From: Gemmatimonadaceae bacterium
Lineage (GTDB): Bacteria; Gemmatimonadota; Gemmatimonadetes; Gemmatimonadales; Gemmatimonadaceae
Assembly (NCBI GenBank): GCA_031370885.1
Contig: JANMRE010000296.1
Location: forward strand, 1 to 50,237
DNA length: 50,237 bases
Direction: 5' to 3'
Both the position numbers and the translations under genes were made by a program. The notes under the pieces are model-generated. The model worked only from the letters and a program-made list of their open reading frames with translations. It was not told the origin of the DNA and did not search any database. Of the stretch, positions 9,916-18,816 are shown piece by piece (position 1 is the first letter of the stretch; each line of letters starts with the position of its first letter).

Positions 9916-10856
9916 GAACCGCCCCGCCCGCGCGACACGCGCCAAATCATGAGTCGCGCCGCAGCGTTAACGAGCACCGTCACACCGAACAGCAACAGCG
10001 CCATGTAGATCAAGGCCGATTCGTGGATCGGGCCCCCCGCCGCATCCGCGAACTCGTTCGCGATCACCGCCGCCATCGAATATCCCGGCGCGAACAGCGA
10101 GGCGGCAACCTCGTGCCGATTGCCGATAAGCATGGTCACGGCCATCGTCTCACCAAGCGCGCGACCGAGGCCAAGGATGATTGCTCCGATAATTCCGGAT
10201 TTGGCGTACGGCACAATCGCCGTGCTTACCGCCTCCCAGCGTGTCGCACCGAGTGCGAGCGCGGCCTCGCGTTGACCGGCCGGCACGGCAAGCAACACTT
10301 CGCGCGACACCGACATCACGAACGGCACGATCATCACGGTCAGGATCAACGCGGCCGAGAGCACCGACGGGCCGTAGATTGGCCCCGCGAACAACGGGAG
10401 AAAGCCGAGTCGCGCCTGCAGAACCGGATAGACCCACGTTTTCAGGAAAGGAATGAGGACGAAGATTCCCCAGAGTCCATACACCACGCTGGGAATCGCC
10501 GCGAGCAGTTCAATCACCGTCGCCACGGGTCGACGAAGCGGGCCGGGTGCAAATTCGGTGAGGTAGATGGCCACGCCCAGCGACAATGGCACGGCCATCG
10601 TCAGTGCCAGAAAGGACGTGAGTAACGTGCCAAAAATCGCCGGCCACGCACCAAACTGGCCCGCGACCGGGTCCCAGGTGGATGACGCGATGAAACCGAA
10701 TCCGAAGCGACCCGCCGCAGGCAGCGCCCCGCGAGTGAGCTCGGCGAGCAGCGCCAGCAGTAGCGCAGGTATCGTGCACGCCGCCCCAATCAACAGCCAC
10801 TTGAAGAGCGCGTCACCCCGCGACGTACCGGATAGCGTGCCCGGCTTGGTCTTCAG
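9912..10856 (-). CDS. pstC: Phosphate ABC transporter permease PstC (start uncertain: CTG 10856 or TTG 10793)
   Basis: WDPV, ELLAAIPSVVYGLWG, GLGRALGETMAV; frame open upstream through RGDALFKWL to a CTGA overlap with the pstS stop. Confidence 0.92.
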   Translation of the reverse strand: MKTKPGTLSGTSRGDALFKWLLIGAACTIPALLLALLAELTRGALPAAGRFGFGFIASSTWDPVAGQFGAWPAIFGTLLTSFLALTMAVPLSLGVAIYLTEFAPGPLRRPVATVIELLAAIPSVVYGLWGIFVLIPFLKTWVYPVLQARLGFLPLFAGPIYGPSVLSAALILTVMIVPFVMSVSREVLLAVPAGQREAALALGATRWEAVSTAIVPYAKSGIIGAIILGLGRALGETMAVTMLIGNRHEVAASLFAPGYSMAAVIANEFADAAGGPIHESALIYMALLLFGVTVLVNAAARLMIWRVSRGRGGS

Positions 10857-11956
10857 GGAAGCACCCGTCCCGCGCCCTTGAGTGTCGCGATCCGTGCCTT
10901 CACCCGCTCGGCCACTGACGCCGGCAGCGGCGCGTAGTGCAGTTCTTTCGCCATCGCCGCCGCCTCGGCTCCCGTCATCCAGAGCAGGAACTGCTTGATG
11001 GCCGACGCCTTGTCGACATCGGCGAGATCGGGATTGATCAGCAGCCAGGTGAATGACGCCACCGGGTACGCGTCGGCGCCATTGGCATTCACGATCGAAA
11101 CGCGAAAGTCGGTGTCTTCCGGCAGGGTAACGCCGGCTGCAGCCGCACTCACGCTCTCAAGCGTCGGCGTCACAAAGCGGCCAGCACTGTTGCGAATCGC
11201 ACCGACCGGAAGTTCGTTCGCCAATGCGTAAATCAGCTCCACGTACCCAATGGTTCCTTCCACCTGCTTGATCTGCTGCGTGACGCCTTCGTTCCCCTTG
11301 CCGCCCAAACCCACTGGCCAGTTGACCGACTTGCCTCGGCCCACTTTGGTTTTCCATTCGTCCGAGACCGTGCTGAGATAGTCGGTCCAGATAAACGTCG
11401 TGCCCGAGCCATCGGAGCGATGAACAACCAGCAGGTCGATGGCGGGCAGCGTCACGTCCGGATTGAGCGCCACGAGTCGCGGGTCATTCCACTTGGTGAT
11501 CTTGCCAAGAAAAATGTCCGCGATTGTTGCCGCGTCGAAATGCAGCTGCGCCTTTCCGATGGCCGGCACGTTCCAGGTGATCGCGTCGGCGCCGAGAACG
11601 GTTGGCAGATGTACAACCTGTCCCTTCACCGCCGCAATCTCGGCGTCGGACATCGGACCATCCGTCGCACCAAACTCCACCGTGCCCTCTGTGAACTGCT
11701 TCACGCCCGCCCCAGACCCGAGCGACTGATAGTTGACCTGGTTTCCGGTGGCCTTGTAGAAGGCATCGAACCACTTCGAGTAGATCGGATAGGGAAACGT
11801 GGCACCGGCGCCGGTGAGCGCTACCGTTTTGCGCTCGCCCGATCCCGCACAGGCGACAACCATGCAAGCGGCAACACCGAGAACGACGGACCGAACCAAC
11901 ACGGTGCAAAACGACGCTACTGGCTTCCTGGACTCCAACGCAGAGACGGACGACAT
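10853..11956 (-). CDS. pstS: Phosphate ABC transporter substrate-binding lipoprotein (operonic copy)
   Basis: VVA-C lipobox; GAGATFPYPIY, SLGSGAG, HRSDGSGTT, GGKGNEGV. Confidence 0.95.
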   Translation of the reverse strand: MSSVSALESRKPVASFCTVLVRSVVLGVAACMVVACAGSGERKTVALTGAGATFPYPIYSKWFDAFYKATGNQVNYQSLGSGAGVKQFTEGTVEFGATDGPMSDAEIAAVKGQVVHLPTVLGADAITWNVPAIGKAQLHFDAATIADIFLGKITKWNDPRLVALNPDVTLPAIDLLVVHRSDGSGTTFIWTDYLSTVSDEWKTKVGRGKSVNWPVGLGGKGNEGVTQQIKQVEGTIGYVELIYALANELPVGAIRNSAGRFVTPTLESVSAAAAGVTLPEDTDFRVSIVNANGADAYPVASFTWLLINPDLADVDKASAIKQFLLWMTGAEAAAMAKELHYAPLPASVAERVKARIATLKGAGRVLP

Positions 11957-11998
11957 GGCGGTCACCAAGTGATTTCAGCGTGAACCTGATTGTGATGG

Positions 11999-12013
11999 GC
12001 AGTCCAAATGCCA
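11999..12013 (-). promoter_or_regulatory. Putative sigma54 (-24/-12) promoter of the pst operon
   Basis: Minus strand TGGCATTTGGACTGC is GG-N10-GC, close to the consensus TGGCACG-N4-TTGC, about 43 nt before the pstS ATG. Confidence 0.55.
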
Positions 12014-12051
12014 ACAAGCGACCGCCGAACTGACCTCAAGCTCACCCCATC

Positions 12052-12091
12052 CTGTAACGGATGTGTCACGTCGACGTCACGAAGGAGCCAC
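12052..12091. promoter_or_regulatory. Pho-box-like array of four 11-bp-period direct repeats between divergent pstS and ppx
   Basis: ctGTAAC 12054, GTCAC 12065, GTCAC 12076, GCCAC 12087; matches the PhoB half-site CTGTCA(T/C) and its 11-bp period. Confidence 0.72.
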
Positions 12092-12200
12092 GGGCGCCGC
12101 CCAGATACCCCAGGCCCGCGAGCGAATCGGGACCTGTTCATCGCGCTTGAGTTCGATAGCTTGCAGCAGTGATGATTCCTCTCCTGCTGGGGCGAAGCAC

Positions 12201-13811
12201 ATGACTGCGCGCCCGCTCACACCGGCATTCGGCAATGCCGGGAGCGGCGATCAACGCATCGCCGCCATCGACATCGGCTCCAACTCCATCCGCCAAATCG
12301 TCGCCGACGTTTCGCCCACGGGCCAGATCCGTGTCCTCGACGAAATGAAGGCCATGCCGCGGCTGGGCGAGGGACTTGAGCGCACGGGTGCGCTCGGGCA
12401 AACGGCGCTCGACGCTGCACTGGCGTCGGTGCAGCGTATGGTGATGCTGTCGCGGCAACTGGGTGCCGCGCGCATCGAAATCGTGGCCACCAGTGCGGTG
12501 CGCGATGCCGCCAATGGCTTGGAATTCACCAGCCGCCTGGCGACGCTTACCAATATCGAGGTGCGCGTGCTGAGCGGCGAACAGGAAGCGCTGCTCTGTT
12601 TTCGCAGTGCCCTCGCCCACTTCGATCTCGGTGTCGGTCGCGTGTTGGTCATGGACATCGGCGGAGGATCGCTCGAGATCGTGCTGGCCAAGGATGGCCT
12701 GATTGAGCGTGTCGCCTCATTGCCCTTCGGCGCGGTGCGACTCACCGAGCGGTTCCTGTCGCCACTGGTCCGCCCGCGCGGCGTGCGCGCCTTGCGGGAG
12801 CATGTGCGCGACGGATTACGGAGGGCTTCGCCCGTCAAAGACTGGCGTGGCGTGCGTGTGATCGGGTCGGGCGGCACCTTTACCAACCTCGCGGGCATCA
12901 TGCTGCAGCGACAGGGGCTCACGTCGCGTGCGCCGCACGGCACGCACGTCACGCGAGTGGAACTCGAGCATCTGCTCGACTGGATGCAGCGACTCGATCC
13001 GGCAGAGCGCGTGCACGTGCCCGGCCTGAATCCGGCGCGCGCCGACATCATCGTTGCCGGATTGGCCACGGCGGCGGAAGTGCTGGCGCGCTTCGACGCC
13101 CGTGATCTGGTCAGTTCGGGCTACGGCATTCGGGAAGGACTGCTGTTGGAATCAGCGCGCGTGACCCCGGTGGTGGCCGATCCAGGTGCGGCACGCGAGC
13201 GCTCGGTGCGGGAGTTCGCTGAACGATGCCATTTTGAGGAACCCCACTCACGGCAGGTGCAGACACTCGCGCTGCAACTGTTTGACTCGTTGGCACCGCG
13301 CATGGGGCTTGGCGCCGTCGACCGTCGGATGCTGTCTGACGCGGCGCTGCTGCACGACGTGGGGTACCACATCAACTACGAGAATCACCACAAGCATTCG
13401 TTCCATCTCATCAAGCATGCGGAATTGCTCGGCATGACCCCCGCCGAACAGATCGCCATCGCCCACGTCGCGCGCTACCATCGTGGCGCACCGCCCAAGC
13501 GCAAACACCGGGGCTACGCGCAACTCGATCGGGTGCTCCGCGAACGCATCGTCAAGCTGTCCGCGTTGCTGCGCCTTGCCGACGGCCTCGATCGCGGCCA
13601 CGTGGGCGCGGTGGCGCGACTCAAAATTCGCTGGGCGTCTGAGGTGTTGCGGGTAAGCGTGATCGAAGCCGATGGCGCAACGGGCGTGCGACTGGAGTGC
13701 TGGGGCGGCGCGCGCAAGCGCGCGTTGCTGGAGCAGGTGTTGGGACGGTCCATCGAAATCGTCGCACCCGATGGCACCGTGATCACCTTCGATGAGGGCG
13801 ACGGCGAGTAG
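12201..13811 (+). CDS. ppx: Exopolyphosphatase Ppx/GppA family with C-terminal HD domain
   Basis: AAIDIGSNSIR, VATSAVRDAANG, MDIGGGSLE, RADII, GIREG, LLHDVG. Confidence 0.93.
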   Translation: MTARPLTPAFGNAGSGDQRIAAIDIGSNSIRQIVADVSPTGQIRVLDEMKAMPRLGEGLERTGALGQTALDAALASVQRMVMLSRQLGAARIEIVATSAVRDAANGLEFTSRLATLTNIEVRVLSGEQEALLCFRSALAHFDLGVGRVLVMDIGGGSLEIVLAKDGLIERVASLPFGAVRLTERFLSPLVRPRGVRALREHVRDGLRRASPVKDWRGVRVIGSGGTFTNLAGIMLQRQGLTSRAPHGTHVTRVELEHLLDWMQRLDPAERVHVPGLNPARADIIVAGLATAAEVLARFDARDLVSSGYGIREGLLLESARVTPVVADPGAARERSVREFAERCHFEEPHSRQVQTLALQLFDSLAPRMGLGAVDRRMLSDAALLHDVGYHINYENHHKHSFHLIKHAELLGMTPAEQIAIAHVARYHRGAPPKRKHRGYAQLDRVLRERIVKLSALLRLADGLDRGHVGAVARLKIRWASEVLRVSVIEADGATGVRLECWGGARKRALLEQVLGRSIEIVAPDGTVITFDEGDGE

Positions 13812-13825
13812 CGCCGCCATGCGGA

Positions 13826-16024
13826 TCAGCCGTCTTCCATCACCGGGTTGGTACGCCCCTTCCCTTCGGTACGCGCGTGACCGCGTGACTTCGGCGCACG
13901 TTTTCGCGCCGCAGGCGTGGTCTTGCCGTCGGGCAGCATCCCCCACGGTTCGCGCATGAGCATCTCCTGCGTCGCGCGCTCCGGAGCTCCCTCTGCGTGC
14001 CGTCGACGGTACTGCCCGTCGGCATGCAACTCCCAGCTCTGGCGATTGTCGGACAGACACGTCTCCAGAACCGACTTCACTTTCTTGTGCAGCAGCGCGC
14101 CTTCAATGGGCACCATCGCCTCGACGCGACGGTCGAGATTGCGCGGCATCCAGTCGGCCGAGCCGATGTAGTACTCCGGGTGACCGCCGTTGGCGAAAAA
14201 CTGCAGTCGGGAGTGTTCCAGAAAGCGCCCGATGATCGAAATCACGCGGATGCGTTCGCTCACCTTCGGCACGCCTGGCAGGAGACAGCAAATACCGCGC
14301 ACAATGAGATCGATCTCCACACCCGCCTGCGACGCGCGATACAATGCGCCGATGATACCGGGATCGACGAGCGCATTCATCTTGGCAATAATGCGGCCGA
14401 CGCGACCCGCCTTCGCGTGGGTGGTTTCGCGTTCGATCAACTCCATGGTGCGTTCCCGCAGGTTGGCGGGAGCGACCAACAACTTGCGGTACCGCTTCTG
14501 GCGCGACATACCGGTGAGCGAATTGAACAGATCGGTCAGGTCGGCGCCAATCTGCGGATTGCAGGTGAACAATCCCATGTCGGTATACAGCCGCGCCGTA
14601 TTGGAGTTGTAGTTCCCGGTACCCACGTGACAATACCGACGGATGCCGTCTTCGTCGCGACGCACGACCAACGCGGTTTTGGAGTGCGTCTTGAGCCCCG
14701 GCAGCCCATAGGCCACGTGAATGCCGTAGCTCTCCATCGTTCGGGCGAACGAAATATTGTTCTGTTCGTCGAACCGGGCCTGCAGTTCAATAAGCACGGC
14801 CACCTGCTTGCCCTGCTCGGCCGCCTCGGTGAGGGCGTTCACGATTGCCGTGTCGCCCGACGTGCGATACAATGTGAGCTTGATGGCCAGCACCTGCGGA
14901 TCATGCGCGGCCGTTTCAAGAAAAATCTCCACCGAAGCGCCGAACGACTCGTAGGGGTGATGCACGAGCAGGTCGCGTTCGCGAATGGCGTCGAACACAT
15001 TGCGCCCATCGCGCAACGCGGCCGGGACCACCGGCGTGTACGGCTTGTCATGCAAATCGGCCAAGTCAATCTCACTCAGCGTCATCAGGTCACCCAGTTC
15101 CATCACTTCGTCGATGGTATGCACGTCATCCGCGCGCAGCGGCGCCACCGACTGGGTTTCGCTCTCACCCAACTCCTCCAGCAGCAACTGACGCATGGCC
15201 GCCGGCATATCACGATGCACTTCGAGCCGGACCACCTCACCGAAGCGACGCTGAAACACCTGCTGTTCGATGGTCTCCAGCAGATCGTCTGGTTGATCGA
15301 TCTGGCCGAGATCCAAATCGGAGTAGCGCGTGATCCGAAACGTGTGCCATTGGGTGACGGCCAACCCCGGGAACAACTCGCCCAGATTGGAACCGATGAC
15401 GTCTTCCAACGGGACGAACGAGTGCCCCTGCCCCACAGGAACCCAGCGCGGCAGTGACCGCGGCACCTTGACGCGCGCGAAGTGCTCGGAACCGGTCACC
15501 GGATCTCGGATCTCCACCGCCAGCGACAGCGAGAGATTGGAGATATAGGGAAACGGGTGACCGGGGTCGACTGCGAGCGGGGTCAATACGGGAAATACCT
15601 GCGATTCGAAATACTCGCTGACGGTCCGTGCTTCGTCGGTCGACAGTTGGCTCATGCGAACGAGACGGATCCCGTGTGCCTCGAGCGCCGGCCACAACTG
15701 CTCGCGCAGCACCGCGCGACGGCGGGCGAGCAATTCCTCGACCCGCTGACGGATCGCGTCCAACTGTTCGCCTGGTGTCAGGGGATCGGGCAGCGCCCGC
15801 GGCGCGCCGGCCGCAACCCGTCGACGCAGCCCCGCAACCCGCACCATGTAGAACTCGTCCAGATTCGTGCTGAAAATTGCCAGAAACTTGAGGCGCTCCA
15901 GTAACGGCACGCGCTCGTCGAGTGCTTCCTCCAGCACACGTGCATTGAAGTCGAGCCAACTGAGCTCGCGATTGAGATACGGCGGAGTGAGCAATGGCAG
16001 AGGAGTCACTGGAAGGGTCGGCAA
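13826..16024 (-). CDS. ppk1: Polyphosphate kinase 1
   Basis: YLNRELSWLDFNARVL, NLDEFYMVRVAG, HPFPYISNLS, HHPYESF, LKTHSK, RFLEHSR, SADWMPRNLDRRVE. Confidence 0.97.
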   Translation of the reverse strand: MPTLPVTPLPLLTPPYLNRELSWLDFNARVLEEALDERVPLLERLKFLAIFSTNLDEFYMVRVAGLRRRVAAGAPRALPDPLTPGEQLDAIRQRVEELLARRRAVLREQLWPALEAHGIRLVRMSQLSTDEARTVSEYFESQVFPVLTPLAVDPGHPFPYISNLSLSLAVEIRDPVTGSEHFARVKVPRSLPRWVPVGQGHSFVPLEDVIGSNLGELFPGLAVTQWHTFRITRYSDLDLGQIDQPDDLLETIEQQVFQRRFGEVVRLEVHRDMPAAMRQLLLEELGESETQSVAPLRADDVHTIDEVMELGDLMTLSEIDLADLHDKPYTPVVPAALRDGRNVFDAIRERDLLVHHPYESFGASVEIFLETAAHDPQVLAIKLTLYRTSGDTAIVNALTEAAEQGKQVAVLIELQARFDEQNNISFARTMESYGIHVAYGLPGLKTHSKTALVVRRDEDGIRRYCHVGTGNYNSNTARLYTDMGLFTCNPQIGADLTDLFNSLTGMSRQKRYRKLLVAPANLRERTMELIERETTHAKAGRVGRIIAKMNALVDPGIIGALYRASQAGVEIDLIVRGICCLLPGVPKVSERIRVISIIGRFLEHSRLQFFANGGHPEYYIGSADWMPRNLDRRVEAMVPIEGALLHKKVKSVLETCLSDNRQSWELHADGQYRRRHAEGAPERATQEMLMREPWGMLPDGKTTPAARKRAPKSRGHARTEGKGRTNPVMEDG

Positions 16025-16049
16025 CGGGGTGGTGGCCGACGACGAATGG

Positions 16050-17087
16050 TCAGAGAGTGACGAAGGCCGCGAGCAGTTTGTAGGCCATCGCCGCCATCAG
16101 CGCCGATGCGGGAATGGTGAATACCCACGCCCAGACGATGCGTCCGGCCAGTCCCCACCGAACCGCCGACAGGCGGTTGGTCGCACCGACGCCGACAATC
16201 GCTCCGGTGATCGTGTGCGTGGTACTGACGGGAATACCGAACTTCGTGGCGGTCAGAATCACCAGGGCGCCGGCCGTTTCCGCGCAAAAGCCACCCACCG
16301 GTCGCAGCTTCGTGATGCGCGTGCCCATCGTGTGCACGATACGCCAACCGCCAAACAGCGTACCCAGCGAAATGCAGGTGTAGGCGCTGAGCTCGACCCA
16401 CAGGGGAATCGTGTTGAGCGACTCCACATACAGGTGGCCCTGCCATCCCGTGGCCCCCGCGAACAACGCCTTCGACGCGACCAGCAGGCCGACGATAATT
16501 CCCATGGTCTTTTGCGCATCGTTGCCGCCGTGCGCCAGTGACAGCAGCGCCGAGCTGGTCATTTGTGCCACCCGGAAAAACGTCGACGTGCCGCTGTGCG
16601 ACGCCTTTCGGAACACGTTCATCACGAGAAACATCAGGACGAATCCCACCAGCATGCCGAGCGATGGTGACAGCACGATGGCCGACAGCGTCTCGATCCA
16701 TTTCTTGCCCCATAGCAGCGCCTCGAAGCCGGCCTTGGACACGGCCGCGCCCGCATAGCCGCCAATGAGCGCATGCGACGAACTGGACGGAATCCCAAAC
16801 CACCATGTGAGCAGGTTCCACGTGATCGCACCGAGCAGACCGCCCAGAATCACCTGCGGATCGACAATCTTCACATCGATAAATCCGCCACCAACCGCCT
16901 TGGCGACCGACGTCCCCACCACAAACAACGCCGCAAAGTTAAAGCAGGCCGCCCAGACCACCGCCGCCAGCGGACTCAACACCCGAGTACCGACAATCGT
17001 GGCGATGGAATTGGCTGAGTCGTGAAACCCGTTGATGAAGTCGAACGCCAGCGCGACGACGACAATAAACACTACGAAGTAGATCAC
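16050..17087 (-). CDS. pit: Inorganic phosphate transporter, PiT family
   Basis: NGFHDSANSIAT, GIPSSSSHALIGG, HGGNDAQKTMG, GIPVSTTH; multiple hydrophobic helices. Confidence 0.94.
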   Translation of the reverse strand: MIYFVVFIVVVALAFDFINGFHDSANSIATIVGTRVLSPLAAVVWAACFNFAALFVVGTSVAKAVGGGFIDVKIVDPQVILGGLLGAITWNLLTWWFGIPSSSSHALIGGYAGAAVSKAGFEALLWGKKWIETLSAIVLSPSLGMLVGFVLMFLVMNVFRKASHSGTSTFFRVAQMTSSALLSLAHGGNDAQKTMGIIVGLLVASKALFAGATGWQGHLYVESLNTIPLWVELSAYTCISLGTLFGGWRIVHTMGTRITKLRPVGGFCAETAGALVILTATKFGIPVSTTHTITGAIVGVGATNRLSAVRWGLAGRIVWAWVFTIPASALMAAMAYKLLAAFVTL

Positions 17088-17093
17088 GAGCCG

Positions 17094-17741
17094 TCAGCTG
17101 TTCTTGAGGGCAATGCTCTCGAGAACATTGGAGACGTCATCGCATTCATCGATCGCGTGTTCGAGGGCATCGAAAATCTCCTTCCATTTGAGCACCTCGA
17201 TCGCCGGTTGTTCAACCGCGAACAACGAACCCACGCATTCGCCATACAACGCGTCACCTTCTTCCTCAAGCAACTTGATCGCACGACTGTGTTCAGACAT
17301 GCGTTTGGGCTTCGTGACATCAACCACCGCCTCGAGTATCTCCTTGCTGGCTTTGACGATCACCTCGGCCATGCGCACGCTCCCTTCGCGCGGCTCGGTA
17401 ACGCGAAACATCACCACGCGCCGCGCGGCGCCGTTGATAATGTCGATCACGTTGTCGAGCCGCTTGGCCAATTGATGAATGTCCTCGCGATCCAGCGGCG
17501 TGACGAAACTGGTATCGATGCGTTGATTGATGACGTGAACGATGGCGTCACCTTCCGTTTCAACGCGCTTGATCTCCGCAGCAATGCTCACCGCATTCGA
17601 CGGGTCTTCGAGCAACGTCTTGAGAAGACTCGCCGCGCTGCCGATATGCTCGGCCAACTGGCGGAAGTAATCGAAAAAGGTTTCGTCCCTGGAAAACAGC
17701 TTCACGGAAAATTGGGTTGAAGAAGAGACGATCGAGGCCAT
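17094..17741 (-). CDS. DUF47 / PhoU-like Pit accessory protein (start may be GTG 17705)
   Basis: ETEGD, FVTPLDREDI, LEEEGD, LKWKEIF; immediately upstream of pit. Confidence 0.9.
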   Translation of the reverse strand: MASIVSSSTQFSVKLFSRDETFFDYFRQLAEHIGSAASLLKTLLEDPSNAVSIAAEIKRVETEGDAIVHVINQRIDTSFVTPLDREDIHQLAKRLDNVIDIINGAARRVVMFRVTEPREGSVRMAEVIVKASKEILEAVVDVTKPKRMSEHSRAIKLLEEEGDALYGECVGSLFAVEQPAIEVLKWKEIFDALEHAIDECDDVSNVLESIALKNS

Positions 17742-17834
17742 TGACGCAGTGAAGAATCGCGTGACGTCGGTCGAAGCGCCACACCACGGGACGTTTCAGC
17801 CGCCGCGGTCGTGCGAATTGTCAATGAAAACGGT

Positions 17835-18605
17835 TCAGGACCAAACGACTTTCGCATCGGCCGCAACCTTGCGCCGTCGCAAATACTCCACGTCGCGAAA
17901 CACATGCACGAGCAGCGCGCCCGCCACAAATCCGCCAATGTGCGCCCACACCGCAACCCCACCCGACAGATCCCGATCCAACGGACGGAGCTGAGGAAGC
18001 CCCACCAGCAACTGGCTCCCGAACCAGAAAATGAGCACGACCCACGCGGGAACCCGAAACAGAAAAATCGGCGGAAAGTACGTGCGTACCCGTACCCGTG
18101 GATACAGCATCAAGTACGCCCCCATGATCCCCGAAATCGCGCCAGATGCCCCCACTGTCGGCACGGGCGACGACGGGCTGATGGCAATGTGCGCGCTCGC
18201 CGCGATCACGCCGGTGATCAAATAGAACATGAGAAATCGCCCGCGTCCCATGCTGTCTTCCACGTTGTTGCCGAACACCCAGAGATACAGCGTATTGCCA
18301 ATGATGTGACCCCAACTGCCGTGAAGAAAGATCGACAGGATCGGCGTGGCCCAATTGATCGGCTCGTTGTCCACCACGCACGCCAATCGCTGCCCGTCAA
18401 TGACTCCCAGCGGCACCCCATCGCCTAACCGCGCCAAGTGGGTCAACTCGCCCGGTACCATGCCGAGATTGCACACGCTGGTGGCCAGTGCATACGGGTT
18501 CCCGCCGCCCTGCACCAGCAGCCACACGGCCCAGGTTACCACCAGAATGGCGATGGTCATGACCGGCGTTCGCAGCGTCGGATTGTCGTCGGAAATCGGA
18601 AACAT
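17835..18605 (-). CDS. Rhomboid family intramembrane serine protease
   Basis: FLHGSWGHIIGN, FGNNVED, VGASGAISG (catalytic Ser), VWAHIGGF (catalytic His). Confidence 0.93.
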   Translation of the reverse strand: MFPISDDNPTLRTPVMTIAILVVTWAVWLLVQGGGNPYALATSVCNLGMVPGELTHLARLGDGVPLGVIDGQRLACVVDNEPINWATPILSIFLHGSWGHIIGNTLYLWVFGNNVEDSMGRGRFLMFYLITGVIAASAHIAISPSSPVPTVGASGAISGIMGAYLMLYPRVRVRTYFPPIFLFRVPAWVVLIFWFGSQLLVGLPQLRPLDRDLSGGVAVWAHIGGFVAGALLVHVFRDVEYLRRRKVAADAKVVWS

Positions 18606-18646
18606 CGATAGCCCGTAAATGGTGTGTGGGAAAGCTGCACGCGGTT

Positions 18647-18745
18647 GTGCCGAAACGGCAGACTGTCACTGAGACAGGCTGATCGGCTCCCCGAATCACC
18701 GGAAATCCGCCGCTCCGGCAGCAGTATTCCGGCCTGCCCCTTGCC
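18647..18745 (+). promoter_or_regulatory. Putative sigma54 promoter of dnaK with two tandem upstream palindromes
   Basis: CGGCCTGCCCCTTGC at 18730-18744 (GG-N10-GC with TTGC); palindromes gTGCCGaaaCGGCAg 18647-18661 and CTGTCactgaGACAG 18663-18677. Confidence 0.45.
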
Positions 18746-18816
18746 TCTCTCGCCCGCGAGCGGCGGCAAGTGGCCGACCAGCGGTTAGGCGAGACTTCCA
18801 TACCCACGAGACAGCA

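Noticed and set aside
18606-18816. CIRCE operator before dnaK
   Set aside because: No TTAGCACTC-N9-GAGTGCTAA match.
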